DNA of 63,932 nucleotides, filler included, from Octopus bimaculoides (lineage: Eukaryota): NCBI RefSeq assembly GCF_001194135.2. It is 6 parts of 6 records of this genome, joined end to end, with 100 filler letters (N's around TTAATTAATTAA, not from the genome) between each part and the next. Parts side by side here need not be neighbours in the genome. Positions count along the whole stretch, not along the records: positions 1 to 20,800 come from NC_068981.1; 5 more parts are not named here. One strand, written 5' to 3'. How positions within the stretch are numbered: the stretch's first letter is position 1; every line of letters begins with the position of its first letter. Below are positions 1-12,574 of this stretch, piece after piece. The notes beneath the pieces were generated by a model that saw nothing but the letters and a program-made list of their open reading frames with translations, was not told the origin of the DNA and ran no database searches. A program made the position numbers and the translations under genes.

Positions 1-1729
1 CAGTGTGTTTCAAATGGGGGGGCAACAGTACGAAGAAAGCTATGTGAATGAAATCGCCCGCCTAAATATGAAACACAACTGAAACCAGTGTATTTTAAAG
101 AAATATACGGGCTTTTGAACTATATTTTTCGTCATTTCTTTTTGTTCTTCTAAGTAAACAACAACACAAGTTTATAATAGGGTGTATATAAGTAAATAGT
201 ATACTTATTTCAGAGAAGCAGCACAATACGTGAATTGACCTGAACGAGTAGAGGTTCAATGAGATATAGTGAGGATTTAGACTGCAATGGTTTCCATTAC
301 GTAGCTTTAAATTTACAGATATGTCTCAATTTTGATGAAGAAAATAATAAAAAGAAAGACTAAGTTACGCCAATCCTTTTAAAATCCAAAAATCGTTGAA
401 CAAAATTAGGGATATTTATTATAAATAAATAAATATAGTACTTACGTGTATAGTATTTTACATACATGCACAAACACACACACAGACGTATATACTTACG
501 TATGTACGTATGGACGTATGTATGTATGTGTGTATGTACGTATATATACATATATATATACATACATATATGAGAAAGGGGAGAGAGAGAGTGGGGACAG
601 AAAGGAAAGAAAGAGCTTTTTAAGTATCCTTTGGTAATTGTGCTTTCAATTATTTATTTACTCAATAGAATTAAACGAACATAAAAGGCTAATAACATCT
701 TTATAATGCTAATAAACAGACGCAGAGCTGAGCCAATAAAATATCTGCAACGATAATACTTAACGGTAAACCTAAAAATAAAACTCTTGTTTTGTTTTTC
801 TCTTCGATTTATAGTTTTTGTTGTTTTTTGTTCTTTTTTTTTTTTTTGCCCCTTCCATTTGTAGCAGACGATTACAACTGATGGAGTACAGTCCAATTGT
901 AGAAAATTATAAAAGTAACATTAATTACCGTAAAACAACTGTGGAAACTACAACAGATTATGATTGTGGCAATGAATAGCAGACATTAGTCTCTTGATTC
1001 ATCCGGATCGTTGCAATCTGTTTAATGTTATCAACTGTAAAGCTGTGTTTATGAGATAGAATTTATACTCTTTTCTGTATTTGTTACGTTGACACCATAA
1101 ANNNNNNNNNNNNNNNNNNNNNNNNNNNNNNNNNNNNNNNNNNNNNNNNNNNNNNNNNNNNNNNNNNNNNNNNNNNNNNNNNNNNNNNNNNNNNNNNNNN
1201 NNNNNNNNNNNNNNNNNNNNNNNNNNNNNNNNNNNNNNNNNNNNNNNNNNNNNNNNNNNNNNNNNNNNNNNNNNNNNNNNNNNNNNNNNNNNNNNNNNNN
1301 NNNNNNNNNNNNNNNNNNNNNNNNNNNNNNNNNNNNNNNNNNNNNNNNNNNNNNNNNNNNNNNNNNNNNNNNNNNNNNNNNNNNNNNNNNNNNNNNNNNN
1401 NNNNNNNNNNNNNNNNNNNNNNNNNNNNNNNNNNNNNNNNNNNNNNNNNNNNNNNNNNNNNNNNNNNNNNNNNNNNNNNNNNNNNNNNNNNNNNNNNNNN
1501 NNNNNNNNNNNNNNNNNNNNNNNNNNNNNNNNNNNNNNNNNNNNNNNNNNNNNNNNNNNNNNNNNNNNNNNNNNNNNNNNNNNNNNNNNNNNNNNNNNNN
1601 NNATAAATAAATAAAATTTAAAAAATACTTGCTCAGCTGAAGAATGTTAAAAAAAAAAGACATAATTCACAGAAGGCCGAGCGAAATAACCGGAAGAAAA
1701 TATCTGGTTCCACTGAACCAGTCTGGTAT

Positions 1730-1945
1730 TCTTTTATTCTTTTATTCTTTTACTCGTTTCAGTCATTTGACTGCGGCCATGCTGAAACATCGCGTTTAGT
1801 CGAACAAATCGCCCCTAGGGTTTATTCTTTGAAAGCCTAGTACTTATTCTATCGGTCTCTTATGCCAAACCGCTAAACTACGGGAACGTAAACACCCCAA
1901 CATCGATTGTCAAGCGATTGTGGGGGGGGGGGACAAACATAGACA
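1730..1945 (-). mobile_element. SINE family C copy
   Basis: Minus strand TGTTTGTCCCCC...GAGACCGATAGAATAAGTAC...CAGCATGGCCGCAGTC...GAGTAAAAGAATAAAAGAATAAAAG. Confidence 0.75.
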
Positions 1946-2788
1946 CACGCACAAATATAAACATATATTCCTATTAAAAAACTTTTGGATCATTTTCACC
2001 CCTATTTCCAAAATGTCCAAATAGGTTTCTCTCTTAATATTTATTCCATAATATTTGTTTTTTTAAATCTAGTATATACTGTCCTAAACGTTTTCAGGCC
2101 CCTTACAACATACACCATTTTTCCATTTATTTATTTATTTATTTATCCTACCCCATATAACGGTCTCAATAGCTGGTCTTTTGATTTTAGATTTCAACTG
2201 ACCAATTACATCGAACTTTGGACCTTGGCCTATCTCACTTCGGACAACAAGTGGAAGAGCTCAACCACCTACTAGTAAATAAAAAAAATTGCATTTAATC
2301 GATTAGCACTTTATTATGATAAACACTATTAATTAGTACTATAAACATAATTGTTGAAAATTATTATTAATTTAAAACCTTATTGTATCTATTGGCGTAT
2401 CTCACTATTATTTTTTATTGTTTATTCCTCCTATCCCCCGTACACAGAATTAATCCACCAAATACTACTTTAGGTTCAGTCATTTACTTAACGTCCCAAA
2501 GAGATACACAGCAAAATGGTATGATTATAACCATATTCAACTTTTCCCTTTTTCTTCTCTATACTCTTCTTTTTTTAAAATTTATTCTTCCCTCTGATGA
2601 AGCTCTGTTTCCGATCGGTTTTATTACAAAATATGATAAATATGTTTTAGCATACCAATTACAATACCATACAACATTGGAAGCAGAAACAGCTGTTAGA
2701 TGGGATGCAGTCTATCTGTATTGAATTAATAAAAAATAATTGATGTAAGTCAATTGTTATTCATCAATATTTCTCCATTTTCTGTTTT

Positions 2789-2823
<35 letters not shown>

Positions 2824-2826
<3 letters not shown>

Positions 2827-2976
2827 GATGGGCTTCTTCCAGTTTCTGTCTACCAAATCCAGTCACAAAGCTTTTGGTCGGCCCGACGATATAGTAGAAG
2901 ACAGTTGCCTAAGGTCCCAAACAGTGGGACGAAACTCCGGAAAGTAAGCTTCTTACCACACAGTCACTCCTACGCC
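2824..2976 (-). mobile_element. tRNA-derived SINE family B copy
   Basis: Minus strand GGCGTAGGAGTGACTGTGTGGTAAGAAG...GCCCATCGTATAT, ending in (TA)n. Confidence 0.75.
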
Positions 2977-3124
2977 TATATATATATATATATANNNNNN
3001 NNNNNNNNNNNNNNNNNNNNNNNNNNNNNNNNNNNNNNNNNNNNNNNNNNNNNNNNNNNNNNNNNNNNNNNNNNNNNNNNNNNNNNNNNNNNNNNNNNNN
3101 NNNNNNNNNNNNNNNNNNNNNNNN

Positions 3125-3503
3125 GACTACATCGACCCCAGTGCATAACTGGTACTTAATTTATCGCCCCCGAAAGGATGGAAGGCAAAGTCGACCTCGG
3201 TGGAGTTTGAACTCAGAACGTAAAGACAGACGAAATATTGCTAAACATATCGTCCGGCGTGCTAACGTTTCTTATTTCTTTACTGCCCACAAGGGGCTAA
3301 ACATAGAGGAGACAAATAAGGACAGACAAAGGGATTAAGTCGATTACATCGACCCCAGTGCGTAACTGGTATTTTATTTATCGACCCCGAAAGGATGAAA
3401 GGCAAAGTGGACCTCGGCGGAATTTGAACTCAGAACGTAACGGCAGACGAAATACTGCTAAGCATTGCGCCCGGCGTGCTAACGTTTCTGCCAGCTCGCT
3501 GCC
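3125..3503 (-). mobile_element. tRNA-derived SINE family A, head-to-tail dimer
   Basis: Box A TGGCAGAAACGTT, Box B GAGTTCAAATTCC. A full monomer and tail are followed by a second monomer starting at AACGTTAGCAC. Confidence 0.85.
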
Positions 3504-4063
3504 TTATTTGAAGGCCAATATTATGAGGTATAGTTAATAGATTTAAACAAAACTTTACAATAGGTAAACGCTGTTATTTTATAGCTAGAGGAATTTTTCA
3601 CCTAATTAAGGCCCATAATCCACCGAACTTTATAAACAGTGTTTTTCATTAAAAAAAAAATCAATGACTATAAAACACACAAAAGCTTGTTACAACTTTT
3701 TACAACTAAATAAAGCCACACATTAAAAATGGTGGTACGTATTGCAGCTAAGAGGACTACAGTATACTTAAGATACAGTGCGTTGCTCAAGGATACAATG
3801 CACCGGCCCTGGAATCGAACCTAGCCACAAAACTAATGTTTTTCTCTCCTTCATATATGTATATGAAGAATATCTATCTATCTATCTATCTATCATCTAT
3901 CTATCTACCTATACATTCACACGCACACGCACACGCACACGCACACACACACACACGCACACACACACACACACGCACACACATATGCATGTATCTACAC
4001 ATACACACACNNNNNNNNNNNNNNNNNNNNNNNNNNNNNNNNNNNNNNNNNNNNNNNNNNNNN

Positions 4064-4096
<33 letters not shown>

Positions 4097-4098
4097 TT

Positions 4099-4318
4099 AT
4101 ATTGGTTTCAAATTTTGGCACAAAGCCAACAGTTTCGGAGGAGGAGTAACGTCGATTATATCGATCCCAGTGCTCAGCTGGTACTTATTTTATCGACCCC
4201 CGAAAGGGTGAAAGGCAAAGTCGACCACCTCGGCGAAATTTGAACGTAGAACGTGAAGACAGACGAAATGCCGCTAAGCATTTTGCCCGGGTGGTAATGA
4301 TTCTGCCAGCTCGCCACC
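4099..4318 (-). mobile_element. SINE family A copy
   Basis: Same head and core as 3340-3503. Confidence 0.8.
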
Positions 4319-6442
4319 TTCACACGCTCGCGCATACACACACACACACATGCACACACATACACACACATACACACGCACACACACACATACTTATATT
4401 TGTAGTGTTACAATCAGGACAGCTTTTTCAATCAGTTTCATTTATTGGGTATTTCTGAAATTTAGCAAATGCCTTTAAGAAAAGCATATACATTGCATAA
4501 TTTAATTTCACCTCTCCCGAGGCATTTTACCAGCAAAAAGGTAAGTGAAATAAAATATACATTGATAGCGTATAATATTGCATACGTCGTAATAAACAGT
4601 GTGAAGGAAATGTCTGTTTTGACTTATACGATGAGATTGTAAAGCCACTTGATTTGCGAAAGAGGAGGAGGAATAGGGAGGGTGAGAGGGTGAGAGGGTG
4701 AGAGGGAGAGTATTGACAGAGCAAATGAATAAGAGAATAACCAAATGTGTATAAAACGATTCAATGGTTCTCTCGTCGTATATGGAAGCAGCGGAAGTAG
4801 CGTTCGCTTAGATAATCGAAAGTTCTAGAAAAACTGTTGATGGCAGACGGCCAGTTCGTTAGACAGATAATTTTGGAAGACAACAACAAATAGAAAGAAG
4901 TTTTCAAGATGAAAATCAGAGAAAAATGCGAGAAAGGGCGCAAAGAAGGAGTTGAAAAAGAATCTTAAAACATACATATAAAGATAGGACTGGAATGAAA
5001 TCAAACAGAAATGTTTGTATTTTCAATGATGGTGCAGTGATTACTGAGAAAAGAATTTACTCCAAAATGGCGCAGAAATGCAATTACGGCAGTGAATTCT
5101 GTAAATTTCAATGGGAAAATAGAGCGAATTTAAAGAAAGAAAACGGAAGATGAGGAAATAAAGTTATTACATTTGGCTACTACGTGTGTTAGATTCCATT
5201 TGGGACTATTGATGCTGTTATGCAGACGATATATTTTTTCCTCATTGATTACTTGCACTGAACGATGTGATTCGTGAATATTCCTATAAAATATTCGTCA
5301 TATTGTTGCTGTTGTTGTTGCTTAGACCTTCATTGGTACTGATTACGTCTTCTAGACTTCTATTATAATTCCATTCATATCTAAGATGCTTTAAAGGGAT
5401 ATTAAATTGACGTTAGTACTTGACAGACACTTTATTGTATCCACACCGGAAGTGTGTAAGCAAATTACAGACCTCACCAAGATCTGAATTTAGTATGTAA
5501 AAAGCTATAACCAAATACTACTGACATTTTGTTCCTGCTCACTAACGATTCACCAAACCTTCACTTCCTATTTCTAGCAAGCTGAGCAACCAGTTAGAAA
5601 TAGGACTAATTACTTGGTGTTTTATTTCTTACTAGACAACTATACCAGATATTGTATAATTTTGTGTAATAAATATTTTATAAGTTATGTAAATCGAGAG
5701 TCGTTATGGAAGATATACTGGAATTCTATTTTTATTAGCGTTGTCTGATCAAAAAAGTGAATGTGTGTGTATATGTGTGTATGCGTGCGTGCATGCGTGC
5801 ATGTGTGGGTCATGTGTGGGGGGTGCAGAAGCGTACACATAACCACATGGTCATACATATACATACCTACCATAGGTGCGATTTAAGGAAAAAGGTTCCA
5901 AAATGGCTAAACTTACCAAATAAGTATTGATATCACAAGTATCATTATTTTGAGACGAGACCAATTCCGAGAGTAAGTCGATGACAGTGACCCTAGTGTA
6001 TATATATATAATTATTATTAAAATTATAATTAGGGTATCTAAAAGATACCATCATGCTAGATATAGCAGTCAAAACTTGACTCTAAAACCACATCAAATA
6101 TTCATACAGCACCAGGAGACAAAATAAACTAGCAAAAAATTATTGGATAATTCCAGATCCCGGATTCCTGACTTTGCATAAGAAATGCTTTGCCTCATCA
6201 GTAGAATATACACAAAATAGTACATAAATACAAATGCTTACATACGAATGCTTACATATACGCACGAATACAACCTATGAATACTTACATATACGTACGT
6301 ATACACACATATATATGCACGTATGCCCTAATTATAATTTTAATTATAATTATTACATGTCAGGTTTTTATTCCTATGCTAGCCATTTGATATGATCGGT
6401 ATTTTAAATAACGATCTTATCCTTATATATACATATATATAT

Positions 6443-6585
6443 ACGACGGGATTCTTTCAGTTTCTCTCAACCAAATCCACTCACAAGGCAGAAGACACTT
6501 GTCCAAGGTGCCATGCAGTGGGACTGAACTCGGAACCATGTTGTTAAGAAGCAAGCTTCTAACCAAGCAGCCACGTCTGCGCCTG
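6443..6585 (-). mobile_element. SINE family B copy (internal deletion)
   Basis: Shares head (Box A/B-like) and 3' GGAAACTGAAAGAAGCCCGTCGTAT-type end. Confidence 0.75.
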
Positions 6586-6637
6586 CGAAAGCTTTTTATG
6601 ATGGACATGTGAGGGTTCATACTTAAATTGATATCAG

Positions 6638-6960
6638 TTTCAAATTCCACTGAGGTCGATTTTGCCTTTCATCCTTTCGGGGTCGATAAAATAGGTAACA
6701 GTTAAACACTGGGGGGGGGGTGACTACTGGCCTTGTGCCAAAATCTGAAGGCAATATTTAACTGGTAGAATCGTTAGCATACTGGACAAAATTCTTAGTC
6801 CATTTTTATGTTCTGAATTCAAATTCCGCCGAGGTCGACTTTGTCTTTCATCCTTTTGGGATCGATAAGTTCTAGTCAAGCACTCAGGTTGATGTAATCG
6901 ATTATCCCTCATCACTTCCAAAAAATTTCTGACCGTGTACATATAGCAGAAAGGAATATT
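6638..6960 (+). mobile_element. Two adjacent SINE family A copies (first 5'-truncated)
   Basis: TTCAAATTCC...GAGGTCGA.TTTG.CTTTCATCC core present twice. Confidence 0.75.
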
Positions 6961-8904
6961 AATATTTATAATATCAATACATATCTGGTAATATTTTGGT
7001 CCTCCGTGCAATATGTACGTAGAATCGAATTATTCAACGTGTACTTTACTAAAAGACCAGCAGCATGTGGTTTGCAAGAGATTTGGCTATTATTTCTAAC
7101 CAGTCGACCAATTACTCTGAGTCTCCTGTGTTGACTCGGATAAATCGTATATGTACGTGTAAGGCTCTGTATGTTTGTATAGTGAGGAAAAAAAGGAAAA
7201 AGAAAGATATGACAATGAAAGAGAGTATTATTCAAAACTATTGAATCAAAACAGTACGTGTTCCAAACAAACAGAGCAATAATGGTAAATTTCTGTACAG
7301 TTGTATTTGGTGTATGCTTGTGTATAAACGGATAGAGTAATAGTTTTTCATCAACTACTGTCAGGCCTAACAGTTAAGTATAATACGAGAACATAAACAA
7401 ACCAACACCGCTTGTCGAACAGTGGTCACATACGTGCGCGCGCATACATATATATGTATGTACGACGGTCTTCCACACAATTTCCATACATTAAATTTGC
7501 TCAAAAGGCACGAATCAGCCCAGGGCTATAGAAGAACAGAAGAAAATTTACAAGTTGCCGCGCAATGGGACTGACCTTGAAACTAGATGACTGCAATGCT
7601 GGCTTCTTAACCACCCAGCCTGCACCTAAGCCAAATAGTTAATTTACGTTCACTTACACCGCCAATTTCCTAGAGAAAGGCATGAACATCACGCAGTTAT
7701 ATTTCCTTTGTCCATAAATTTTAAATAGTTTTGTACCTAAATAATAATAAATGAGATAAACAGCTTCAAGTAATTGTCCGAATAGGCGTAAAAAATTGGT
7801 AAAAAAATAAAAAAAATTATTTAAAAGCAGTAATCAATAACGGTATATTCTAGTTATTCCACATTGTATAAAGTCTTAATGTCTTTGATGTTTTTGCTTC
7901 AATTTTCCTTCTGTGGTCAAATCTCTTTCGGCTGTAGAAAAAAAAAATTGTTTAGCCAGTAAAATATCTATAATGTGTGTGTTGGCCAACTATTCATAAC
8001 TATTGATAATTATCGATTTACCATCATAGGAAAATTACTGTTCATATGAAACTGTTGGAGACATCAAATATAAACAATTCCTTTGGTCTGCAAATTGACC
8101 ATAATTTAAAAAAAAACGATTTAGCGATGTATCATTTGCAGCTTGTCTCTCTATTCAAGATAACGTTTGCTATGCTTTGTTAGGACAACCAAAATTGTAC
8201 GTCAGATGACTGTACGTGTATGAATTCATGAGATTTGAAACGAGACTTGAAATCAATGAGCATAAGTTAATGTACTTTGATAAGGTACTCAGCTTAAACT
8301 AAGCAATATGGTTTCAATTCCTACCTGCCTCTTATTCACACACGCGCGCACACACACATGCCATTTCTGCCTCCCATCAAGTGCTTTAAAATGGTGTTTT
8401 TTTTTCTTTTTATCTACCTACGAATGTTCCACGTGCTTAAATGTGGCTTTAGCGAACACCGTTACTTTCATGGTGATGGCAACAGTAATAAAAGCTTTGA
8501 TGCTTTCGGTCGTGGACAAGATGGCGGTAAGGTCGCTGCTGCTACTAGTAGCTGCTCTGGTAATGAAATACCATTGTAGTTTAACTATTTATATTTTTTA
8601 TCTATTAAATTTATATCTATTCTTTCGCTGATGATGAATGTAGATGAGGTATGTCAGTTTTTGTATGTGGACTGCCTCAGTAACCTGTCTAAACTTCGAA
8701 TCACGTAGATATGAAGAAAAGATTTTTATTTCGTCATTGATTATCTATCTCTGACGTTTATCTGAAATAAAAATGACCACTTGCCTGCTCACGGTCATGT
8801 CAGCAACAAGAATATACAATAACAAAATCCTAGATAAGCAAATTAACTGTATCTATTTTCAAAGCTAACGGAATAGCAAAATTATGAGGCATGCCATTAA
8901 GTAA

Positions 8905-9338
8905 AGGCAAAAGGCCAGCAATTTTTACGAAAGAGGGAGTGTTACTCTATTATATCGATCCCAATATTTGATCGCATCTTATTTTATCAACTCCGGACGG
9001 ATGAAAAGCAATTTCATCTCGACAGGATTTGAGCTCAGAACGTAGTCACGCAAGTAAATACCGCAAAGCATTTTCCCGACGATTTAACGATTCTGCCAAT
9101 TAGCTCGCTGTCTTAATAATCCTTTCTACTATAGACGCAAGGTTTGAAATTTTGGGGGAGGGGTAGCCGATTACATCGACCTCCACCACCACCACCACTA
9201 CCACCTCCAGTGCTTAACTCGTACTTATTTCATCAACTCCGAAAGGATGAAAGGCAAAGTAGACTCAGGTGGAATTTGAACTCAGAATGTAAAACCAGAA
9301 GGAGTGCCCCTAAGCATTTTGTATGGCGTGCTAACAGC
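8905..9338 (-). mobile_element. Two tandem SINE family A copies
   Basis: Cores at ~8950-9110 and ~9165-9338, with an (AAT)n flank. Confidence 0.75.
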
Positions 9339-9836
9339 TTTAATAATGATAATAATAATAATAATAATAATAATAATCTGTAGTGAGACAGGTTAGCAAT
9401 ATTTTGTTGTGACGGCATGGCACAGTCGTGACTCGCCCAAAACATCCAATTACTGCTGACTGCGGAAGGTTACATGCGGCAACTTCCGCCCGGCGGTGAA
9501 GCGCACCAGTTTTGAAAGGCAAAAAGCCAGTTGCCGACAGAACGCTGAGATGTAAACATCAGTTGCTGATTTAACGTCCAGATGACAAGACACGTTGCCG
9601 ATTCAACACCGATTAGTAAACATCATTTTTACTGCTATGAGATTGCAACCTCGCTTTACAACTAAGCTACGCAACTCATCTTGCAGCTCTCAAGTATCGA
9701 ATCTAATCAACTCGGATGTTATGGAGAAATTAACTTATGTCTCACATTGCACCCTGTTGATTTGAACACTTAATTACTTCGTGATGTGCTTTCTACTACC
9801 ACATGTGTGATTTACCATCAAGGAGTAAATTGTTAC

Positions 9837-9994
9837 ACAGTTCTATATTTAAGAGATGGGAAATTATGTACATTATTTACATTTGACGGATATTTGTCCT
9901 CATCTTGTTTGTTGTTAACACAACGTTTCGGCTGATATACCCTCCAGCCTTCATCAGGTGTCTTGGGGAAATTTCGAACCTGGGTTCTCATTCC
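9837..9994 (-). mobile_element. ~160-bp hammerhead-bearing dispersed repeat (Penelope pLTR-like / retrozyme-like), copy 1
   Basis: Aligns nearly end to end with 56649-56815, contains the HHR and abuts an (ATT)n tract. Confidence 0.65.
9917..9962 (-). ncRNA. Minimal type-I hammerhead ribozyme motif (copy 1)
   Basis: Minus strand: GACAC-CUGAUGA-A-GGCUG(GAGGGUAUAU)CAGCC-GAAA-CGUU^GUGUU. Stem I GACAC/GUGUU, stem II GGCUG/CAGCC, palindromic stem III AACGUU. Predicted cleavage between 9922 and 9921. Confidence 0.8.
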
Positions 9995-10046
9995 AAAGGT
10001 ATTTTTCTATGTTGTTGTTGTTGTTATTATCATTATTATTATTAAC

Positions 10047-10078
<32 letters not shown>

Positions 10079-10088
10079 TAATAATAAT

Positions 10089-10680
10089 GAATATATTCAC
10101 AGACACTATAGAGTTGGAACCTACATAAACTGGAAGCTATGCCAACACTGTGGAATAACAATAGAAACAAGGTGGTATAGGCACGCGCCAAAGAAGGTCA
10201 CAGAAAAGGAGAAAGCAATAATACTATGGGATATGCGAATACACACAGATAGAGAAATTCAGGCCAATAGGCCAGATCATCACGAAAAAAAAATGCTTTC
10301 TAATTGATGTATCAATACCAACACATGACAACGTTTCTGTAAAAGAAATGGAGAAACTTTCAAAATACAAAGACCTGGAAATAGAGGTAACCCGAATGTG
10401 GAGTCTAAAAACAGAAACAATTCCTGTCATAGTGGGCGCATTAGGAATGATTAAAAATATTCAGAAAAATACATAACAAAAACACCAGGACTAACAAATA
10501 TATATATAACATACAGAAAATAGCACTACTAGGCACCGCACACATCCTACGTAAAAAAACTTTCAGTACAGTAATTATAAGATCATCACAACAAACTACA
10601 GTACATACCCAAGGGACAGAGCTGCGCTCGGTAGTGCGGTGAAAGCATGTGATAAAAATAAGACTACTGAATACTACTAC
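10089..10680 (+). mobile_element. 5'-truncated R4/Dong-type non-LTR retrotransposon (RLE domain + 3' UTR)
   Basis: YIHRHYRVGTYINWKLC...ILWDMRIHTDREIQANRPD; after a frameshift KCFLIDVSIPTHDNVSVKEMEKLSKYKDLEIEVTRMWSLKTETIPVIVGALGMI. Flanked by (AAT)n on both sides. Confidence 0.85.
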
Positions 10681-10720
10681 TACTAATAATAATAATGATA
10701 ACAATAATAATTGTTTCAAA

Positions 10721-10920
10721 TTTTGCCACAAGGCCAGCAATTTTGGGGTTGGGGATGAGTCGATTACATCGACGCCAGTGTTCAACTGGCACCTATTTTA
10801 TCGATCCTGAAGGATGAAAGGCAAAGTCAACCTCGGCGCAATTTGAACTCGGAACGTAGCGATAGACGAAGTACCGCTAAGCATTTCGCCCGGCGTGCTA
10901 ACAATTCTGCCAGCTTACCG
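10721..10920 (-). mobile_element. SINE family A copy inside (AAT)n array
   Basis: Full head, core and tail, with (AAT)n on both sides. Confidence 0.8.
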
Positions 10921-10921
10921 T

Positions 10922-10955
<34 letters not shown>

Positions 10956-10984
10956 TAATAATAATAATAGCAATAGTAATAATT

Positions 10985-11340
10985 TTTACTAGCCACAATT
11001 ACTCAAAGAAAGTGAGGATAGTATAAAAAAAGACAGAATACAAACATGGTGAGCAAGGGTTAGTGTAAAAACCGGATAAGAAAAAATAAACATGACGAAA
11101 ACATCAACAAAAAATATTCACCAGTGAAGAGGAGACCCTACCGAGAGCTACTTAAAAAAAATACCACAAAAGTCTGGAACAAAAACCAAGTGCCAATATA
11201 GTTGTCAAAGATGACCGCGAAAGAATGCGCCTTCTAATCAATACATCAATCTGAACAGTTTATAATCAGTCTCAAAGAAATGATTACAGGAATAGCCCGA
11301 AAGAGGGGGTTGAAATCAAAAAGAATTTACATAATAATAA
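10985..11340 (+). mobile_element. Highly degenerate R4/Dong-like RLE fragment
   Basis: A segment resembling KP.IVVKD..ERMRLLI.TSI (PD-type motif region), bounded by (AAT)n at both ends. Confidence 0.4.
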
Positions 11341-11444
11341 CCTCCTCGGGAGTAACTTTATTTTAAGCTCAATTGCTATTTTCCTCTGAAAGAGGCATCT
11401 TGTAAAGTTCAGAGAGAAAACAAATAAAACAGCTAGGATTTATG

Positions 11445-11625
11445 CTTAATAATCCTTAGCGGAATTTTTTCCGTCGTTACGTTTTGATTTCAAACACTGC
11501 CGAGGACGACTTTACCTTTCATCCTTCCGGGGATCGATAAAATAAGTACCAGTTGAACACTAGGGTCGATATAATCGACTTACCTTCTCTCACAAACTTG
11601 CTCGCCTTGTGCTAAAATTTGAAAC
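11445..11625 (+). mobile_element. Degenerate SINE family A copy
   Basis: GATCGATAAAATAAGTACCAGTTGAACACTAGGGTCGAT core. Confidence 0.65.
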
Positions 11626-12212
11626 TAAAATCTATTTTATTGTTACTAACGCTATAAGTTATATTATAACTAACTCTATAAGGTATCTAAAAACATTTTT
11701 TTCAGTAACCTCAATAACCGTTTTCTATCTCATCATTATCATAAAAAGGTTATATTAAAGATATATAAATTCATGCATTAAAATAAAAATAAAAGTATTT
11801 ATAAAATATGGAATTTCTACGTGACCCGCTAGAATTCAGTAGTACATTTTTTAAAAAAGCTAAGACGCGGAAAAAAAGGAAAAGTTTCCTGCCTTGAGCA
11901 TCTAACAGTTTATCGACACAAAGCTTACAGTACCCATAATGGCCAAATGTTAGATGCTTTCCTAACGGCCATATTTAAGAACTTTCTTCATCAGCAAACC
12001 CTAACCCCCTCTTTCAATAAATAGATTTCACTCTGCGAAGAACTGGCAGAGTAAACTATAATCTGTTTAAATTTCGACTGAACTAAATTCTTGGCTCTTT
12101 ATTCCGTTCATAGTTAAATTTCTCACAAAAAGCTAATAAATATTTCATAACAGCATACATGCGTATAAGCACACAGTCATATTTGCATATGTATGTATAT
12201 ATTATATGCATG

Positions 12213-12245
<33 letters not shown>

Positions 12246-12446
12246 GTGTATGTGTGTGTATGAATGTGTATATAGAGATAGATGATATACACACGATATA
12301 TAAACATATATATATAGTTATGTATTATACAAATTATAAATATATATATATGGTGCTCCACCATGACCGCAGCCGCATGGCTGAAACGAGTAAAAGAATA
12401 AAAGAGCATATATACATTATAAATATATTATATAGATATGTATTAT

Positions 12447-12565
<119 letters not shown>

Positions 12566-12574
12566 TATATATAT

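Noticed and set aside
2-82. Short open frame SVFQMGGQQYEESYVNEIARLNMKHN* at the window start, and a possible acceptor/exon at ~868-985
   Set aside because: Too short, with no recognisable homology; cannot be supported as a neighbouring gene.
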